NCBI RefSeq assembly: GCF_910592395.1
Contig: NC_088308.1
Coordinates: forward strand, 2,604,001-2,668,000
Length of the DNA stretch: 64,000 nt
Direction of reading: 5' to 3'
DNA from: Lineus longissimus
Lineage: Eukaryota
Of this stretch, positions 23,758 through 39,100 are shown one piece after another (position 1 is the stretch's first letter; each line of letters opens with the position of its first letter). The notes below the pieces were generated by a model. The model made no database searches, had not been told where the DNA came from, and worked only from the letters and a program-made list of their open reading frames with translations. The position numbers were made by a program, and so were the translations under genes.

Positions 23758-25519
23758 TGTGACGGGGCACAATTAACAGTGTCCATTATCATCCAACATT
23801 TATGTTCAAATCATATCATCTTATATATAGTTAGTTTTATACCAGTTAAATGAGACTTCATTTAACTCAATGTCATATATTATACTTAGGTTAGTTAGTT
23901 CACTTTTTACCATAACGTGTCAGGATGTTGTTCTCACTAACAACCATCCCAACAGGACACAAGGTATAAGGAAGCTATCATATATTCTAAAACTTCTAAG
24001 AAACTCCGGATTGGTACCAGTCGGTGACAGGTTTGGAGTGGTGCGTGGGCGTTTTAAGCCTATGAGATGATCAGCAAGAGGGAGAGTCTGGCACAGGAAG
24101 TTAACTTTTCCTGTCTCTGCCAGTTACAGTTTCTGGGAAATTGTGGAGTCATTCTCACATGGTCCTAAGATATTTAGTTGGGGAACAAGGGCCAAACATC
24201 ACTTGCGTCTTGATCTCTTGCGAGGCAAGACCGTTGTTTAAAGAGAACTCATCATTAGATTAGATCCAATTTATGGAATTTGGTGAGATCATTCAGGAGA
24301 TTCCAGTATGCTCTTAAGTAGACCAGGAGCGAGAGAAAGATTGGTTCAGGAGAATTTACATGTCATTGTAAAGGTAGGTGAATTGAGTTACTTCATCTTA
24401 ATTCCGATTTGTTCTATTATATTATGTCTTTCAGTGCTTTGCCCAAGTATGGTCAAGATCGCCAGGCCCCATATCTCACTGCAACTCTCTTAAATTCACT
24501 CCATTTCTGATGCACCTGTTTTTATTTTACAATTGCTTAAAGGCGTAAATTTCATTACCGTATGAGTGTGACGGCATGGTGCTATGAAAATGATCCAAGA
24601 TCACTGAATAGGATTTAAGTTGTGATTTCTTGTGACCCTTTCATTGATGATAATTACTCTCAGAGGCATGCATGTTCACACATTTTACTGTCGAGGGAGA
24701 GCTTGTTTATCAGATGTTTCGGGAAGAAATGAGATAACTTTATTGTGTATTTTATCTATGAGCTAATTCACGTTAGTAAGATAAATATGTAACATTTAGG
24801 ACTTAATGACTTGAAGCCAGTTTGGTTATCAAAGTAGTGATATTCCGTTGGTTATCTTTTTGTAGGAATAGAGGACCGCGTGATTGGTCAAAGGAAATAG
24901 ACTGTGGAAAGGAGTATCCCACGTCTATGGTGAGTTTATTTCAGGAATTGTTCACACAATCTGAATATGGGCTCATTATCTTACAAACTGATATTTGAGA
25001 TGGCTTAGTATTAATTTCTAGGAAAGTTATGATTGTAATAATGATGTGATTATTATGATTTAAAGGTACTAAATGATTCGTGATTTGGATGCATTGATTC
25101 ATGAGCCCATGAGGAAACTATGTTTAAGCATTGTTTAAGTCTTGTCTTGTGTTTAGATCAATAACTGATTGGAAGTGGAATTGACATTAATTATGAATTA
25201 ATATCAATGTTCAGTATGTTCTAAGGTTATTTGTGCTGTGTAACTTTGACAGTGTTGAGTCACCAAGTAATTGATTTGAGATAGTTATGTAGTAGAGTTT
25301 GCATAAGGTCTTAATTTTAATGTTTTACTCACAATCTGTGTTTTGTATTACAGGGATCGTAAGGTGACCTGTCATTGCCCTTTTTCTTTCTTTTCTTTTT
25401 GTTCGGTTCTTTTGGTTGCGTGTGTAAACGTGTATATAACATGCTCCAGAATATGCTAGTTGAATAAATATACCATATCCGGAAAGAATCTAGCCTTACT
25501 TTAATTCTGCTTGGCTATA
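23758..25519 (+). repeat. 3' LTR
   Basis: Copy of the 5' LTR, preceded by an imperfect polypurine tract AAGTCAGTTGGGTGGTA (23741-23757). Confidence 0.97.
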
Positions 25520-28360
25520 CATGGTAGGCCCTATAGTCTATCAGTCTTTTGTTGGCAATGAGAGATGTCACATAGATTGACTAGATCTTTGGATACGGAA
25601 TCATTATTATACTAACCACGAATATGACAATACGCTGTAATGTACACAATAGCAAGTAAAGGCAAATGAGGACGAAGACATTGTTCAGTGCGGGGATGAG
25701 TTTCAGCGAATCGGAAGCAAAGCTGCCCTTTGCGTTACTCTATAGCAACGAAGGACGAGCAAGAAGAAAGGAATAATGAGTTTGTCTTGTGGGGGAGTTA
25801 AGGCGTTGGCGTTAGTTGATATCCGGAGAATTGTTATACGTTAGGTACAAAGCTACATGAAACTGAGTTATTCGTATCTCGTAGGAAATGCTACTGGGTG
25901 ACGTTTCCTGCACATTTTCCCTGTGTCGCTGAAGTGTAAAGAAACACGATGTAACCCAACCCGGTTGATATTCAACAGTTCTTTACAAAAGGCTTGTAAT
26001 ATGCTTCAAAAGATATATCACGGGGAATAACGTTATCGCCTCTTGAATAGGACGATACATAGATGTTGAGATCATGCATGTAGGCAAATGTCAACTACCT
26101 TTTTAAAGACAAATCATTGCTATTACTCTTTCCCGGCTTTTGGGCCGCCCGATTCGATGTAAGTTGACACATGTTGTGTCCAATTTGATCACTGATGTGA
26201 TGGATATCGAGGAATGCAGTATAGATTGGAGGAACACCGTGTTTTCTCACTTGATGACCAAGTGTCGGCAAAGAAAGCCAAAACAGTTACTGGTAGCCCT
26301 GAAATCTCAAGCTTCTCAGATCTGACAGCCCCATCTCTTCGCTGCATATCATTTTGTTGGAACTCCACACATTGTACCTCAGGGAACAAGCAAGTTTTGG
26401 TTTATGATAAAAATATCGGTTTTGCATTCCATTACTTCTTCTACCGATAACATGAGAAACATAATGCGGTTTTAAAGCAATTTTCATTCAACTGCTTTTT
26501 GTAGCATATTAGGAAAATTTCAATTCGATCCCCTACAGCCAAAATAAACATTAAGATTGGCATATGCTCGTCATTGTAATCTCCAATGTATTTTGCTAAT
26601 TAAGAAACACTATAATTGGCAATTAAAGAGATAATATCATCACATCATTTCATTTTCCTGCCAATCCATTATCCTGAATGGCAGCCACCAGTGGAAGAAG
26701 GCGGAACTGATGAGCGTCAATACACTGAAATCAGAAGTAATCATCTCGATTATTGTCTCTCTCAGTCCTTGTGATTTTGTTTGACCGCATTTTCAGACAA
26801 AAATATGGAGAGCAGAGAATTTGGACACTCCAACGAAGAGTGTGAAGGCAATGTACACGCAAAGCCCTTGATGATCTTGAAGCAAAGACTAGTCATTAGC
26901 CTACGGAGACAGTCGCATATCCTCGATACTTACAGCTGCATGCTCGTAAGCGCAATTATCCAAGTAGCTGTGATAGTCATCTTAGCATTTCACACCAGAT
27001 TGCCGTCAATTATCAGAGTGTCAGTAATGGTGTATATCGTCATGTCATGGCTAGCTTCGCGTTCTTTCTGTGCCATGATTCGATTCATGAGAGTCGCTAA
27101 CTAAATCCTTACTATCCACTTACTCCCCATCAGAAGGTAATATCATTATGCCAGTCATTCAATAAGAAAAGAAAGGTGCTTTGGGCGATAAGTGGCGACA
27201 ACTGTGTAGAGATTTGAGGGAGGGGAGGAATCTGCGGGTTTGCTCCACCAAGTTAATATCTAGTCTCTTTTAAGCATACTGGCCCATCAAGGGTTAACAT
27301 CTCCTGCCCAAGTGGTAATGGGTACATTATCAGAAATTTATTGTGTACATTTTAACCAATGAAGCTCTTCAGGACGCTTTGAAGAAACTTCCCCATTTGC
27401 CGCTGTGATGAACTTGAACAATATCCATCCGTTGTTAATGATGTTGTATGTCCCGCGGCAGAACCATCTAACAATCATTGGGTTATTTCAAGAAGACAGA
27501 TATCGGCTATAGTCTTCCTAAGTCGACACTATGGTCGCGAAAGAGGATTCCATAGTAAACTATCGTATTCATAAGAGGGGGAAATGGAAATCAATGTCCG
27601 GAGTGTAAGGTATTTCGGTGTTTCCTTTGCCTGCAGGTGTTCATGTTACATTGAGGATGAAGATATAGTCTTATTGAGGAAGCCACAGTTACTCGTAACG
27701 TTTACATAGTTACTAAGCTTATCATGATTCGACACTAGAATCCTCAAAACGAAGACAGCTTCACGGAAGCTCCTTCTTTTCACGAAATAGGAACATCATC
27801 TAAAATCGGTTATTTTTTTATTACTTTTGGCTGATTGCCGATTCAAACATTCGATGAGCCAAATAAGCGTGTCCAAAGACGAAAGCTATCTTCGACTTCA
27901 ATGATCTCCCTTTTTCTTGAAGCATCAAGCTTGAAATACGACTGTAATCAGTTTTAGTAGTCTCAAATTCGATCAATAATTCCACAAGCGCATTAATTAT
28001 CCCACAGCAAACTGCTCTTATCTCAAGTTTTATTTCTTAAATTGATTCTGGAGAATCTCAGAAATAAAACTGATGGATATATCCCCGCTTTGATTTAATT
28101 CGATTCGTAGTTTCTATCGAAATTGGTTTTCCTTGCCGCGGTTCTCTAATTTTACGACTGAGTGTCTATTTGAAACTAGTCTCATAATCAGAGGCTTTAG
28201 AGTCGCCAACAAAGTTTTATCCCACTTTAATAGCACAATGCAACCGTTATTTGTTTTTAATTTTATTCTTAATTTTGATAACATCTTTATCACTGACTTA
28301 AAGAAGTTCGGGTTTTATAGAGATAAAATGGGTCACTCTGCTGCTGTTTTCACATAAAGC

Positions 28361-28480
28361 GAAGCGCGGTGGTACAGTGTAAGAGGGTCTGATTTGTGAT
28401 CGGAAGGTCATGGGTTCAAGGCTTGGCCAGTGCCACGAGGTACTTTCCCCAATTGTTTAAAGATCCTCACCTGAAACCAG
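28361..28480 (+). mobile_element. tRNA-derived SINE fragment
   Basis: A-box-like GGTGGTACAGTG and B-box-like GGTTCAAG at tRNA spacing; does not close a tRNA cloverleaf. Confidence 0.5.
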
Positions 28481-29311
28481 TGGACTAATAATGCCCAGTG
28501 GCAACCCTAAGCATTCCACTGAACCTTCTCATACTCTCACTGCATGTACTTTGCCCTACCATTACACTGGACATCCCGAGTGCATTATATATGCCATCTA
28601 CACATCTGCATGTACAAGCAATCCAATAGATACCCTTAACCATTAGGACCGGTACACACACGCCCAGAACATTCTGCGTGGACTGGCCAGCCGCTACCCT
28701 TCTAGCTTGGCACACGAATAACAGAATAACCTCAGTCCCTGGATATCAATCTAAGAGCACTGTCATACAATGCTGTTCACCTTACAATCTCACTTGTCCC
28801 TTTAACAGAAGACACCATACCTACCAAAGAACAGTCCAACATGCCCAATATCATACATCCCCAAGATTCACCAGAACTATCTGAAATGTTCAATATACCA
28901 CTAAGATTGCCAAGGACAATAGAAAATGTCCATCATATCACCAATTGAAACGTGGGTCTTAGAAGTATGCGCTAGGATATCTGACCAAAATACCACACAA
29001 AATGCGGAAATGCAAGTGTAAACCGTAGGTCTACACACTCATCTACATGTATAGGCGCGAGCACACTTACGTGTGTTCACCTCGCTCTCCAGCCAGGAAC
29101 TGACTTTGAATACATGCATTAAGTTACGTCATCGTTTAGGGTATAACACCCATTGTCAAGGACAGGTGAATGGGAACGAAAGCTTGCGCATGAATGGCCA
29201 AGTGGTAGTCAGTGGGAGAAGACAATAACTCTTTGAAACTCCATCTGACGGGGTTTTTTAACCTATAATGTCATCAGGGTATATATTTAATCATGATAAG
29301 AGAAAAAATAT

Positions 29312-29398
29312 GACTGCGACGGGAATCGAACCTGTGACATTAGGGTTTTCTCGTCTGATATGCCAACACCTCCTTTACCACAAGGTATCACCATCAGC
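29312..29398 (-). mobile_element. tRNA-like SINE head or tRNA pseudogene
   Basis: Minus strand has a T-arm/B box ACAGGTTCGATTCCCGT with an upstream TGGTAA D-loop-like motif; no proper acceptor stem. Confidence 0.45.
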
Positions 29399-32300
29399 TT
29401 TCTTGATTCCCACAATAGGAATCTTAAAACGATACCATTGCCAGAAATGTCGGTAAATTAGGTAATTTTGGGGTCGAAGTATGAGTTAGTTAAAACGCAC
29501 TTCGGCTTTCTTGACATCTTGTGGCCGATGAGGATAAAATGGTGTGACTTTGTTTGACCGGCATTCTTGTGAAGGTTTCCCGCGATGTATGGAACGAGAT
29601 ATCCCCTCGATCAGCCTCGGGTGAAACGCGGGGAAACCATACACACTCTAAGGGAGATTACACGAACCCTGTTGACCATGCATGAGGTGGTTGGTCATGG
29701 ATTTGATGTGCCAAATAATCGTAGCAAGGTGGCATGATCGCATGGAAACACAGGCATTTGTGAAGGACTCTAAGATTAAATGAATTTACTGGATCTTACC
29801 GCTTGATAGTCAATGTTGAAATTTCCTATATAGTGACAAAATTACAAAACAATAATACTCCTGCAAACGACAACAGAACGCCATGTCTGACAACTGGATC
29901 GAAGGAAGAAAACTTTTTAATTTTTACATCACCATGGTTACGCGTCTTTTGGACTTGATAACTCCATCCACAACAAAAGTTTGCCTCTTTTTAACTTTTC
30001 GTTTGCTTTCACCGCACTGATAGCACATCAAATTGCATTCATATTGCCATTAGCAACATGTAATCAAAGACTGTTTAAATTGGTTGGAATACATTATGAT
30101 TTTTTTTGAAATAATTTTCTTTCTATACCTTACCGCAAACACTTCCAAGACAAAGTTAACTTCGTTTCAAATAAAGTTACTATCTATAAAGGACTACAAC
30201 GCTTCTTCAAAGTGATAATAAAACACAAAAAACGCTTTCTGGTGTATTGACATGTGCGCTCCTTATCAAAAAGAGTTTGAAGAAGCCTTTCCCACGCACC
30301 CCTTTGCCTTTCATAATATTTTTACATGGTATCTTCTTAATCCTTCTCTAAAGGTAAAATATTTGGTAAAATGGCACCAGAGTTAAAAATATTGTCATGC
30401 GAGTGCTGGAATAAAGGATGTCGAAAAACATTGCTTGATCGGGCAAGATATCAGCTCACATACCATTTCAACGAGTTCATTAGTGGGGGTCAATATTTGG
30501 ATTGTTTATATTCAGGTCAGGCCTATGAGTTAGTGGTGCATGATCCAATGGTTTAGAGAGAGGATAAACAAGTCTTGGTGCTTAGCATTAGGCCTAGGCT
30601 AAACGTGTGTGAGCTTAACCAAATTAGCTCAACCGGTCAGAATTTGGCTAAACCTATGCCTATGGGAGGCCTTGACTTATCGAGTTCCATTCAAAAAAAG
30701 TGTAACAGGACCTTTATACAAAATAACATTTCCATAGAAAAGGCTTATTAGATTTAGTGTTGAGTATGCCCAGTAACGATGCAATATATATGTAAGATGT
30801 TGACAGGAAATAAACTTCTTTTCTTTTGAACAAAAATAGGCAAACACAGTGCGTGAGAGGTAAGGCACTGCATTTTCCAAATGAAACAGATACCTACATA
30901 TCAACTGTTACATTTTTTTGCTAATTAACAAGTATACGTAATTGGCCGACAAATGCAACGCCATCCCGAAGAGCCATGCATAAGGGCACTTCCCCACAAG
31001 AGAATATCGCGCCCAGGGATCGGAGACGAAGCTGACTAATTGGACACGAAGAGAGGCGTGAACACGAATGTCCGACAGAACTGGACGACACGAGGAAAGT
31101 CTCGGAGGTCATGGTTTTACTGTATCACAGGATTATATGTAGACAGCATCATGAAGGCTTCATTTCTGTGTACCTCGAAAGCATATTATGGCTACTCTTT
31201 TAAACTCTTTCACAGCGGGTTGCATTGATTCCTCAAATAAACCATTTGAGATAGAACATCAGAAACTTGCATAAGACGCGAGGCTCGAAAGCGAGCAGCG
31301 CAACACAATAGATATCTTCGACGCTTGTAATCAAATTTTCCTTCATCCACACGAATGGAAAGCTATATTTCCCAAGATATTGCAGTATAGATGTAGCTCG
31401 GCACTTGTAATCGCATGCTTTAGGATTTGAAACATATCTATTTTGCCTCAAGCGAAGTATTTGATTAGTCAGCAAGGTATACTTGGTTCACACGAATTCG
31501 TTTTTGATACTGGTTAACACTTGACACTCAAAGACTTGAGTCGCCAGCTTTTGACTGACTAGCCAATGCGACGCCGCGAAATGCCAGACCTTCTCTGACG
31601 ACGGTCTCAGACTGATGGATCCTTCTTTGAACACCAATCCTGGACAACACGATATTTGGCGTTTTAAGTTCTTGTACATGTACATGTCCCATCGGTACAT
31701 GTAAGCTTATGTAATAATCAATATCAACTATGGTGCCAGCGATTGCCTACAGCGGCATCGACGAAGAAAGGAGCACAAATTTGCTGTAAGAATAAAAATC
31801 ATGAATTTACTCTATGCCAACTTAATGTCATCAGCAACTGCCAACAATGAAAACGATCTTTGATCTGCTTACAGGTGAGTCATCCGGTCAAGCAACCTCA
31901 GCAACAAGATGATCAGACGGCGGCACAAGATCACGTGTTTGCTAATGATGGAACAAAACAGATAAACGACGCTATGTATTCTTGATAGAGAAACGGACAT
32001 ACGAGATGCAACATTTCGATGTTTGCAAATAAGTTACATGTATCAACGCTTGGTTGAAAGCAGCCTTAGCAATTAAAACTAAGCTGATCCGGGATCCCTT
32101 CTGATATCATCAGGATATGTTGAAGTGCTTGTCCCCTCCACGCAACGCTCTTGCTTCAGAGCAACCCGAGTTTATATGTGTAAAGCGTCCACAGTTCCCG
32201 TTTCATGGTACACTTGTACCTTCACGAAATCTACTCTTCCTAGCAAGTGCGACCAAACTATAGAACACCCGGCGACCCGTTGCTCGCACGACCACGACCG

Positions 32301-35300
32301 GTCCGTAATCATGATACGATGTGACAAGATGATAATGATACATATGCATATTACAGAGAGTTTCGAAAACAGTTAAAGTGGTTTTAAAAAGATAAAAGTT
32401 TACTTACAATCACAACGATTTCCAAATATTATCCTTGAGCTGTTTATCCTTTCAAGAACAAGAGTCATCATTATCATAACAAACGTGAGGACGCATACCC
32501 TTCCTGATGACAACCAGGTAGTTGTCGCTAACAATTATCCAACGAGTGAAGAAGAATATGTAATGAAATTATCGTGACTTATATCGTAGACAAATCAACT
32601 AACCTTTCTCAACACTAGTTAGAAACAAATCCAACTCAGCTCTGCCGACTTCCAGTGCAACTAAAGCCTTTCGTTCCGAGGTCTCGAATGAAACCCAGCG
32701 TTGACGTTACTCCGTTGCCTCGGATCTTTCCAATGACGAGACAAGAAGCTCGCACAACGCTTATAAATGATGCTGCATGTATACGCTGATTGCAAACAAT
32801 TGGCCTTCGACTTGCAACTATAAATCCATTAAGAAACCGCCATCAAAACATCCGTAGTCGTACGGGCTTGAGCGTCAGCAGTTTATCCCCACGAACGATA
32901 ACTGCTTGTGTGGCTCAGAGTCTGTTGCCAAGACGCGGGCGTTCAATATACCGTATACTCGATGTTGACGCGAGCGAATTATGGAAACATTGGACTTAAA
33001 AAATCTTTCTTGTCTTTCAATGGAACAACTCACTGCAAGACTAATCCAAAGTACACATCGTTGGCCTAACCGGACCGGAATACGAATGGACATGACTAGG
33101 CCTACTTTCTGGAAGAATTCACAGGCTTATAAGATAACTAGTCCGTTTCGACACTTGTCTTGTCTCGTCGCGTTGCTTGGCCACCGTCCCCACTTCGGCT
33201 ATCATATTTCACAGCATGCGTTGTTTACAACTGGGAGTAAACGTTTTAATTCTGTACCAAACCCAAAAACCCTCAAAAAAGAAGAAAAGATTATTTCAAT
33301 AGAATCGATATCGATTGGCACATTTTCATAAGGGTACTATATATTATTGGCTTTATCGTTAGAAAAGTCTCAATTCTGAAGATCAGTCATTAAGTCAAAA
33401 TGATCTTTGGAGGGAAATCTTCATGGCCCTAAAACTATATGCATGTAAAACGTGCTTTTTATTGATTATACCTTTGCATGATGGCTTGCATCCCATCAAC
33501 AGTGTTTTAGGTTTTAAGTTGTGTTAGCACTGTGATGGACGACATGGAGATTTTTTTTGGCAGTAATCGAAACGGCGCATCGTCTAGAGTGACATCGGGA
33601 TAAAGATGTCTTTATTCGTGACATCCATTGATTGGCACATTGATCTTTGATTCCCAGTCATGTGGCAAAACCGGCTGAATGGTATGGGAGGATTTTAGTA
33701 CTATTTTAGTAGCCAGTGCAATCTACAGTTATGCTAGTCAGTATCGATTGTGTCACAAAATGATGACGATTATGGCAGAATAGATTTTCCAATTCGATAG
33801 TCATTTATGGTCATTCCAGGGGCAATGGACTTGGATTGGTTATGCTTTTCCCCAAAGTCATCAGAAGATTGCTTGCAGTGCGATTAGGGTACTTCATCAT
33901 CAGTAACAACACAGTCGTTTTCACCAGTTTAATGACCTCTACATTAGAGATACCGATCGACACTATATTACATGTACTTTCTAAAGACGATGACTCAATA
34001 ATATTTTGGATATATGGGATCACTACACCATGGATCACTATCAACATATAGGTAATTGTCAGAAGTAATTTGGTTCAGTGGGCCTCTGCCACTTTCATGA
34101 AGGCATGAATGCCCAGATAGGAAAAATACTGAATATTCACACCAAAACGACATGTAAGGTCTCTCTTCTGGATGAATGACTGTAGGCCCTATGTCGTGCT
34201 ATATGCACGTGCAATAGAAAACATCAGGCAGTTGAGGTAAAAAGAACTACGCCTAGCGTCTACCTTGATTTGAAATTTCAAAACATGAATCTTCGGTCAC
34301 CTCCCAGATATTTGGTCGAATGTTGAGCTGAAAAAGGGGGAGTAATAATCACCCATATTAACTTTATTTACACCTTCAAAGACACAACAACTTGAGAAAG
34401 CGAAATTAATTCTCGAGAGAAGTCGGCGAATTAAGTTACGGTTGTCGCAATCAGATAGAGCTGGAACTATTGCTGTCGAAGTTGGTCATCTATACATGTA
34501 ATTGCTGCCAGATGCAATGATACTGATTTGGTATTTGTTCATTTTTTACTTTTTAGGGATCATGGCACTTATATTTATCACCAACACTAGTAATTGCAGT
34601 CTTCGACACAAAGGCTCCAACCTAACGCCGACTGTGTGTTGTTAGTGAAAAAAAGTGTCAAGATATCATACATTGCCCCAAAGTAGAGAGAAAAGACGCA
34701 AGTAAGAACGATTGGTCAGAGCCTCAGCGAATGCACGAGCATCTAAAGATAAATTGGCCATGAATGTGTCACGAGACAAGGATTCGCAATTATGAACCAA
34801 TCCGGAGCATGATTTCTTGGCTGGTCGCGGTATTAACGTCCGTGTTATTGGTCGTTAGAAGAGGGAGAATGGTCCACTGTGTCTGTAGTTAGCGCGGGGC
34901 TGACGCCAATTCTACCTACGTATGACACGACACCCGACCTCCCTGGTAATTATCCATATTGCCCAAGGTAAAATGAGAGGCGTAGGTGCGTGTTACTTCA
35001 TTTTCTTATATCGTCGCCCAAGGGTTTTTTATCTGAAATACTCATTGATGAAGTCGGGGACAGTGTCTCTCAAAATGAGACTTGGAATTTTTTCATAAGT
35101 TCAAAATTCTGAAAAATTTTCAAAGCCAAAATCTTTTTGGAGCTGATGATGTTTCTTCGTTTTGAGCCGAAAAAAAACAAATGAAAAAACATTTGGAGCA
35201 GATGGGCCTGAAACCGCTTACCATCGGTAATTGAGTCGTTCAACGTCTGTCTACAAATAATCGATCATTTTCCAATCCATCTTGCCGATATTAACTTGAT

Positions 35301-36118
35301 TTGGCCACTCAGCAGTACTCAACAGCTAGCAGTGCGTGCTCTGAGGGGAGTATTAGCTCAAAGGAGCCTCTTATTACTCCACAATTACCTGGCATTTGAG
35401 GCTGATATCAGGGTTATATTGCTCATGCAAAGATCTTTGAATTGAAGAAAAGCTTGCAATCGGTCAAAATGAAAATGGCGAAATTTAAATTTTTTCAGCA
35501 ATTTTCGCGAATCGCCTAATGAATAGGCGCGAAATTTTGCCGGTTTTCAGAACTGCCATGGTGACTGTGTATTGGTGATGGTGCTCTGAGACCACTGTAT
35601 CATCACCCTCCACAGGAATCATCGGACGGAGAGTCTTCAAATAGGAGTCAAATGTAGAATGTAGCACAACAGGGCCCCTTAGGCCTACCATCCATCAGTC
35701 ATTTCACCACGGCCACAAATCTCATTACATATATCGAGCTTGCAACTGATCCTGTTTTGCGATGATGATACTGGTACACATTGGCCTCGTAATTACAGTT
35801 AGCCTACTGTATTGGTCATTTTCATTATCCGAAGAGGTCATCGATTTAAGTTGACAACATGGTCATTTTCACCTGCTTTCTTCGCTGCATCTGGTTGTGA
35901 TATCAGAATAAATGCCATTACTACCCAATAGTAAAGTAAAAGGGAAGGAAGGGTGCATTTGACACTCAATTACAAGTTTATAATCGAGTAGACTCTCTGG
36001 GCTATTTGTGAAAGCTATGGACATTCAAAGCAAGGCTCAAAGATTTCGACCAGATTTGTCAAGCGAAGAGACACACGATTACCTGTGGTACCCTGGGTTT
36101 CATTTCAGTGAAATCTGA

Positions 36119-36153
36119 ACATCATCATCATCATCATCAACATCATCATCATC
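36119..36153. repeat. (CAT)n microsatellite
   Basis: About 11 CAT units with one interruption. Confidence 0.85.
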
Positions 36154-39100
36154 AACCTACAATCCTTTATCATGAGATTCTTGATTTTTTTCATCACTTT
36201 TGCGACATATAGAAAACGAAAACCCCTGGTGTACGGGGATCAGGATGTAATCCTTGGACTAATGGCCTTCCAAGTCTTTTCTGATCAATTCTCATGCTCA
36301 GGAATACGAAGCAAATTTATATGCTAAAAACCCCCAGGGATGACTGCCCTGATTTATCGCAGCGTTATAGCCTAGTGGTTTTGAAGCAATCAACCGCAAA
36401 ACCAACAGACATCATTCACCTCGTACATCTTCCATTGCCAGAACCTTGTTTTTGTCGTTGGGTCGTTTTTATATATTATAAGGGCATCCAAAATGGCTGC
36501 AAAAAATGGTCTCGCACTTTAATCATGTAGTTGAATTGAATTCATAGTCTGCATATGGGAAGCCACGCCAAGGATTTACTTAGGAGATTGAGTTTGGTAT
36601 GAGAGTTGATAGAAGGGATTAAACTTTAATTGATTCCTGTCGATGATGGAATTGCTGCTGGCCGTTCGATCAGTTGGTGAGATGGGGTGATTATAAGATG
36701 AGGATCGGGAAGCCAGGATGGATGCGGAGAACCACAAACTAAAGGGTCGTGTACAGAGATGGAACGCTACAACGCACAATTGTCACTCGTAACTTGCATC
36801 TTCTTGGCATAGAGACATACTAATCAAGAAAGAAGATGAGCGATCATTAAGAGAAGAAGTTGCTTGACGATTAACAACATCAAGACAGAGACAGCAAGTT
36901 CACTTCGTTGAACAACCAAACGATAGGCCCTAGCGAATCGGCCGTACCAGCTCAGTGGCGTATTGCCTTTCGATTGCCAAAAGACAATAAGCGAAAGAAA
37001 TAACAACATCTGAGCATTTTGGCGCATCATTCGTTCCATCCGTTTACATTCATCTATGTTTGTCCTCCTTATGGCCAACTTTATCTAGGTTTTCAAAGAA
37101 CACATGAAACCTTTGGCCACCACGCTGCTTTAGACCTAACCTATTATAATAGGTTCGATCCGCTACGCTGTGGGACGAATAGGAGTATTGGTTCTTCAGA
37201 CCCGACAAACATATTTACTGTTTTCAAGTGACTTCCGGCTTCAAGGCAATCATTAAGACTATGATGACAGTCTGGGTACACAGCCAAGAGATGTTAAAAC
37301 AGCGGTGGAGAGGTTCGTCTGCAAGACGAAAGAAAGCCTTTGAAAGAAGGAAAATGAAACAGGTGTTATTTGTTCCAGGGTACAAATCTGTCAAGATAAA
37401 AGGGGCTTTCGAACCAAATGGTTGTTAACGAGGCTTCTTTCCACAGAAGAAGACGCGTTGTATAATATTTCAAAAGATGGATTAGCCATTCGTGGCTTCG
37501 GCTGAAAACCTAAACAGTTTCAAAGTGTCTGTTCTTTTTCTAAGATGTAGGATTTGGCTTAGAAGTTTCTAATGGAAGATATACTCGAGTTATCTGTCCG
37601 CAGCTTCCGAGACCGTTCTGTTAATACTTTCATCTGAGCGAACTCCGTTGGATTATTTGTGTTGTTGGTTCTGCCATTACGTTTCATTAGTTCTTACATG
37701 ACGTTTTACCATCCTCTTCTTGATGTCCAGCCCCCAAAAATTTCACGTTGAGACCATATGTCACAAAAGTACCATATCACCGATGATGTATTATTGGTCT
37801 ATAAAAGCTTTCGCTGGTACACGTATATCGTTCGAAGAAAAATGCATTAGTTTAGCAAATTCGATAGCCGCGCGTGTAATTTGGCTTTGATGGAGGTTTA
37901 TTTGCCAATTCCCTTGTCGGATGTTAGGATAATTGTTCTTTGTTGTTATCCGATCGCTGGTCTAAGATTGTTGTTTGCTGTGTGTACAGGGGATCAGGGC
38001 ATGCGCTGGATTCAATCTTCTGACCACTTTAGGTATGGTATAAGCAACCATTACCTGGTTAGCATGGGGTAAGCGAATATCATTCCATCTTTATGTATGG
38101 AATGTAGAAGGACTAGATCAATATAAACAACACAAGGAATTAGTTCAACCTAAACTCTCGAGAGGGTTCATTTGTCATCCTATACTTGTGATAGTGGGGA
38201 GACTGGTCCACCGCGATCCTGCATCTTGTAAGCACCTTGTAAGTGTTATTGTTCTCTCTTTAGATATCGCGAGGCTGTTGAATTCGGTATAAGAGTACAG
38301 TAAAATCACGACGAAAGAGCAAAATATTAACCGTGAAGTAATATAACGATTAATGAAACACAAAAAACTCTGCTCCGGTAAGTCTATGCTGCAAGAAACG
38401 TTTTTTATGATCCTGCAAAGAGTGTCTCATAAATGTTATGGACAATAATTAATAATACCACTTTGATAATGTAGGGAAGCCTTTTCCTCTAATAACTTGT
38501 GCATTATTAATAAATTGATTAAAAAATCTTGAGAAATGTGCCGAGTAATCGATCTCGCCTTCTTATCCAAAAACTGAAACCCGGTTACCAGCAGAAAAAC
38601 TGAAACTGCGCAGATTACATCGGGTAAATTAACACATAATTAGCAAGTTAAACTGCTCGTTGATGTAATAATAGATTAGTGGGCTTTATAGAAATGATTT
38701 GTTTGCAGTAGATGATTAAATAAAGACGTAGTAACAATCAGGAATATTGATGATAGGTTATTTGAGACGTGCGAACAGAAGATTAAAACACCATCTTGGT
38801 GGGTTTCTCAATCTCAACAACTTAGGATATCACGAGGTTTTAGCCATTCAGTGGGTTTCTGGTACGAAACAACGAGTTCCCACCAAAACAGAACTATGCA
38901 ATTTGTGCAAACTCTAAACAGGGTTTACCAGTAAGACGCATTTTTGATCGCTTTGATCACTACAGTCATGCTTCCTCCAAGGACGAGGTTTGTTGACCGG
39001 CCACTTTCTTGAAGAAAAAAGTCAGTTTCTGACCGGCAAGTGCTTCACTGAAAAGTATACTCACTTGAACGTCAAGTTGCTGATCAGATATCAGAAGGTT

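Larger units (their letters stand above)
16136..25519 (+). mobile_element. Full-length Ty3/Gypsy LTR retrotransposon (9384 bp)
   Basis: Two 1762-bp LTRs at constant offset 7622; TSD CATG (16132-16135, 25520-25523); PBS after 5' LTR; intact gag and pol with PR-RT-RH-IN domain order. Confidence 0.98.

Noticed and set aside
28361..29398. Functional tRNA genes at 28361 and 29312
   Set aside because: Pol III boxes present but acceptor/anticodon stems do not pair; treated as SINE heads.
31590..31625. Another hammerhead (CTGACGA plus hairpin CGGTC-TCA-GACTG)
   Set aside because: The required GAAA box and cleavage triplet are missing.
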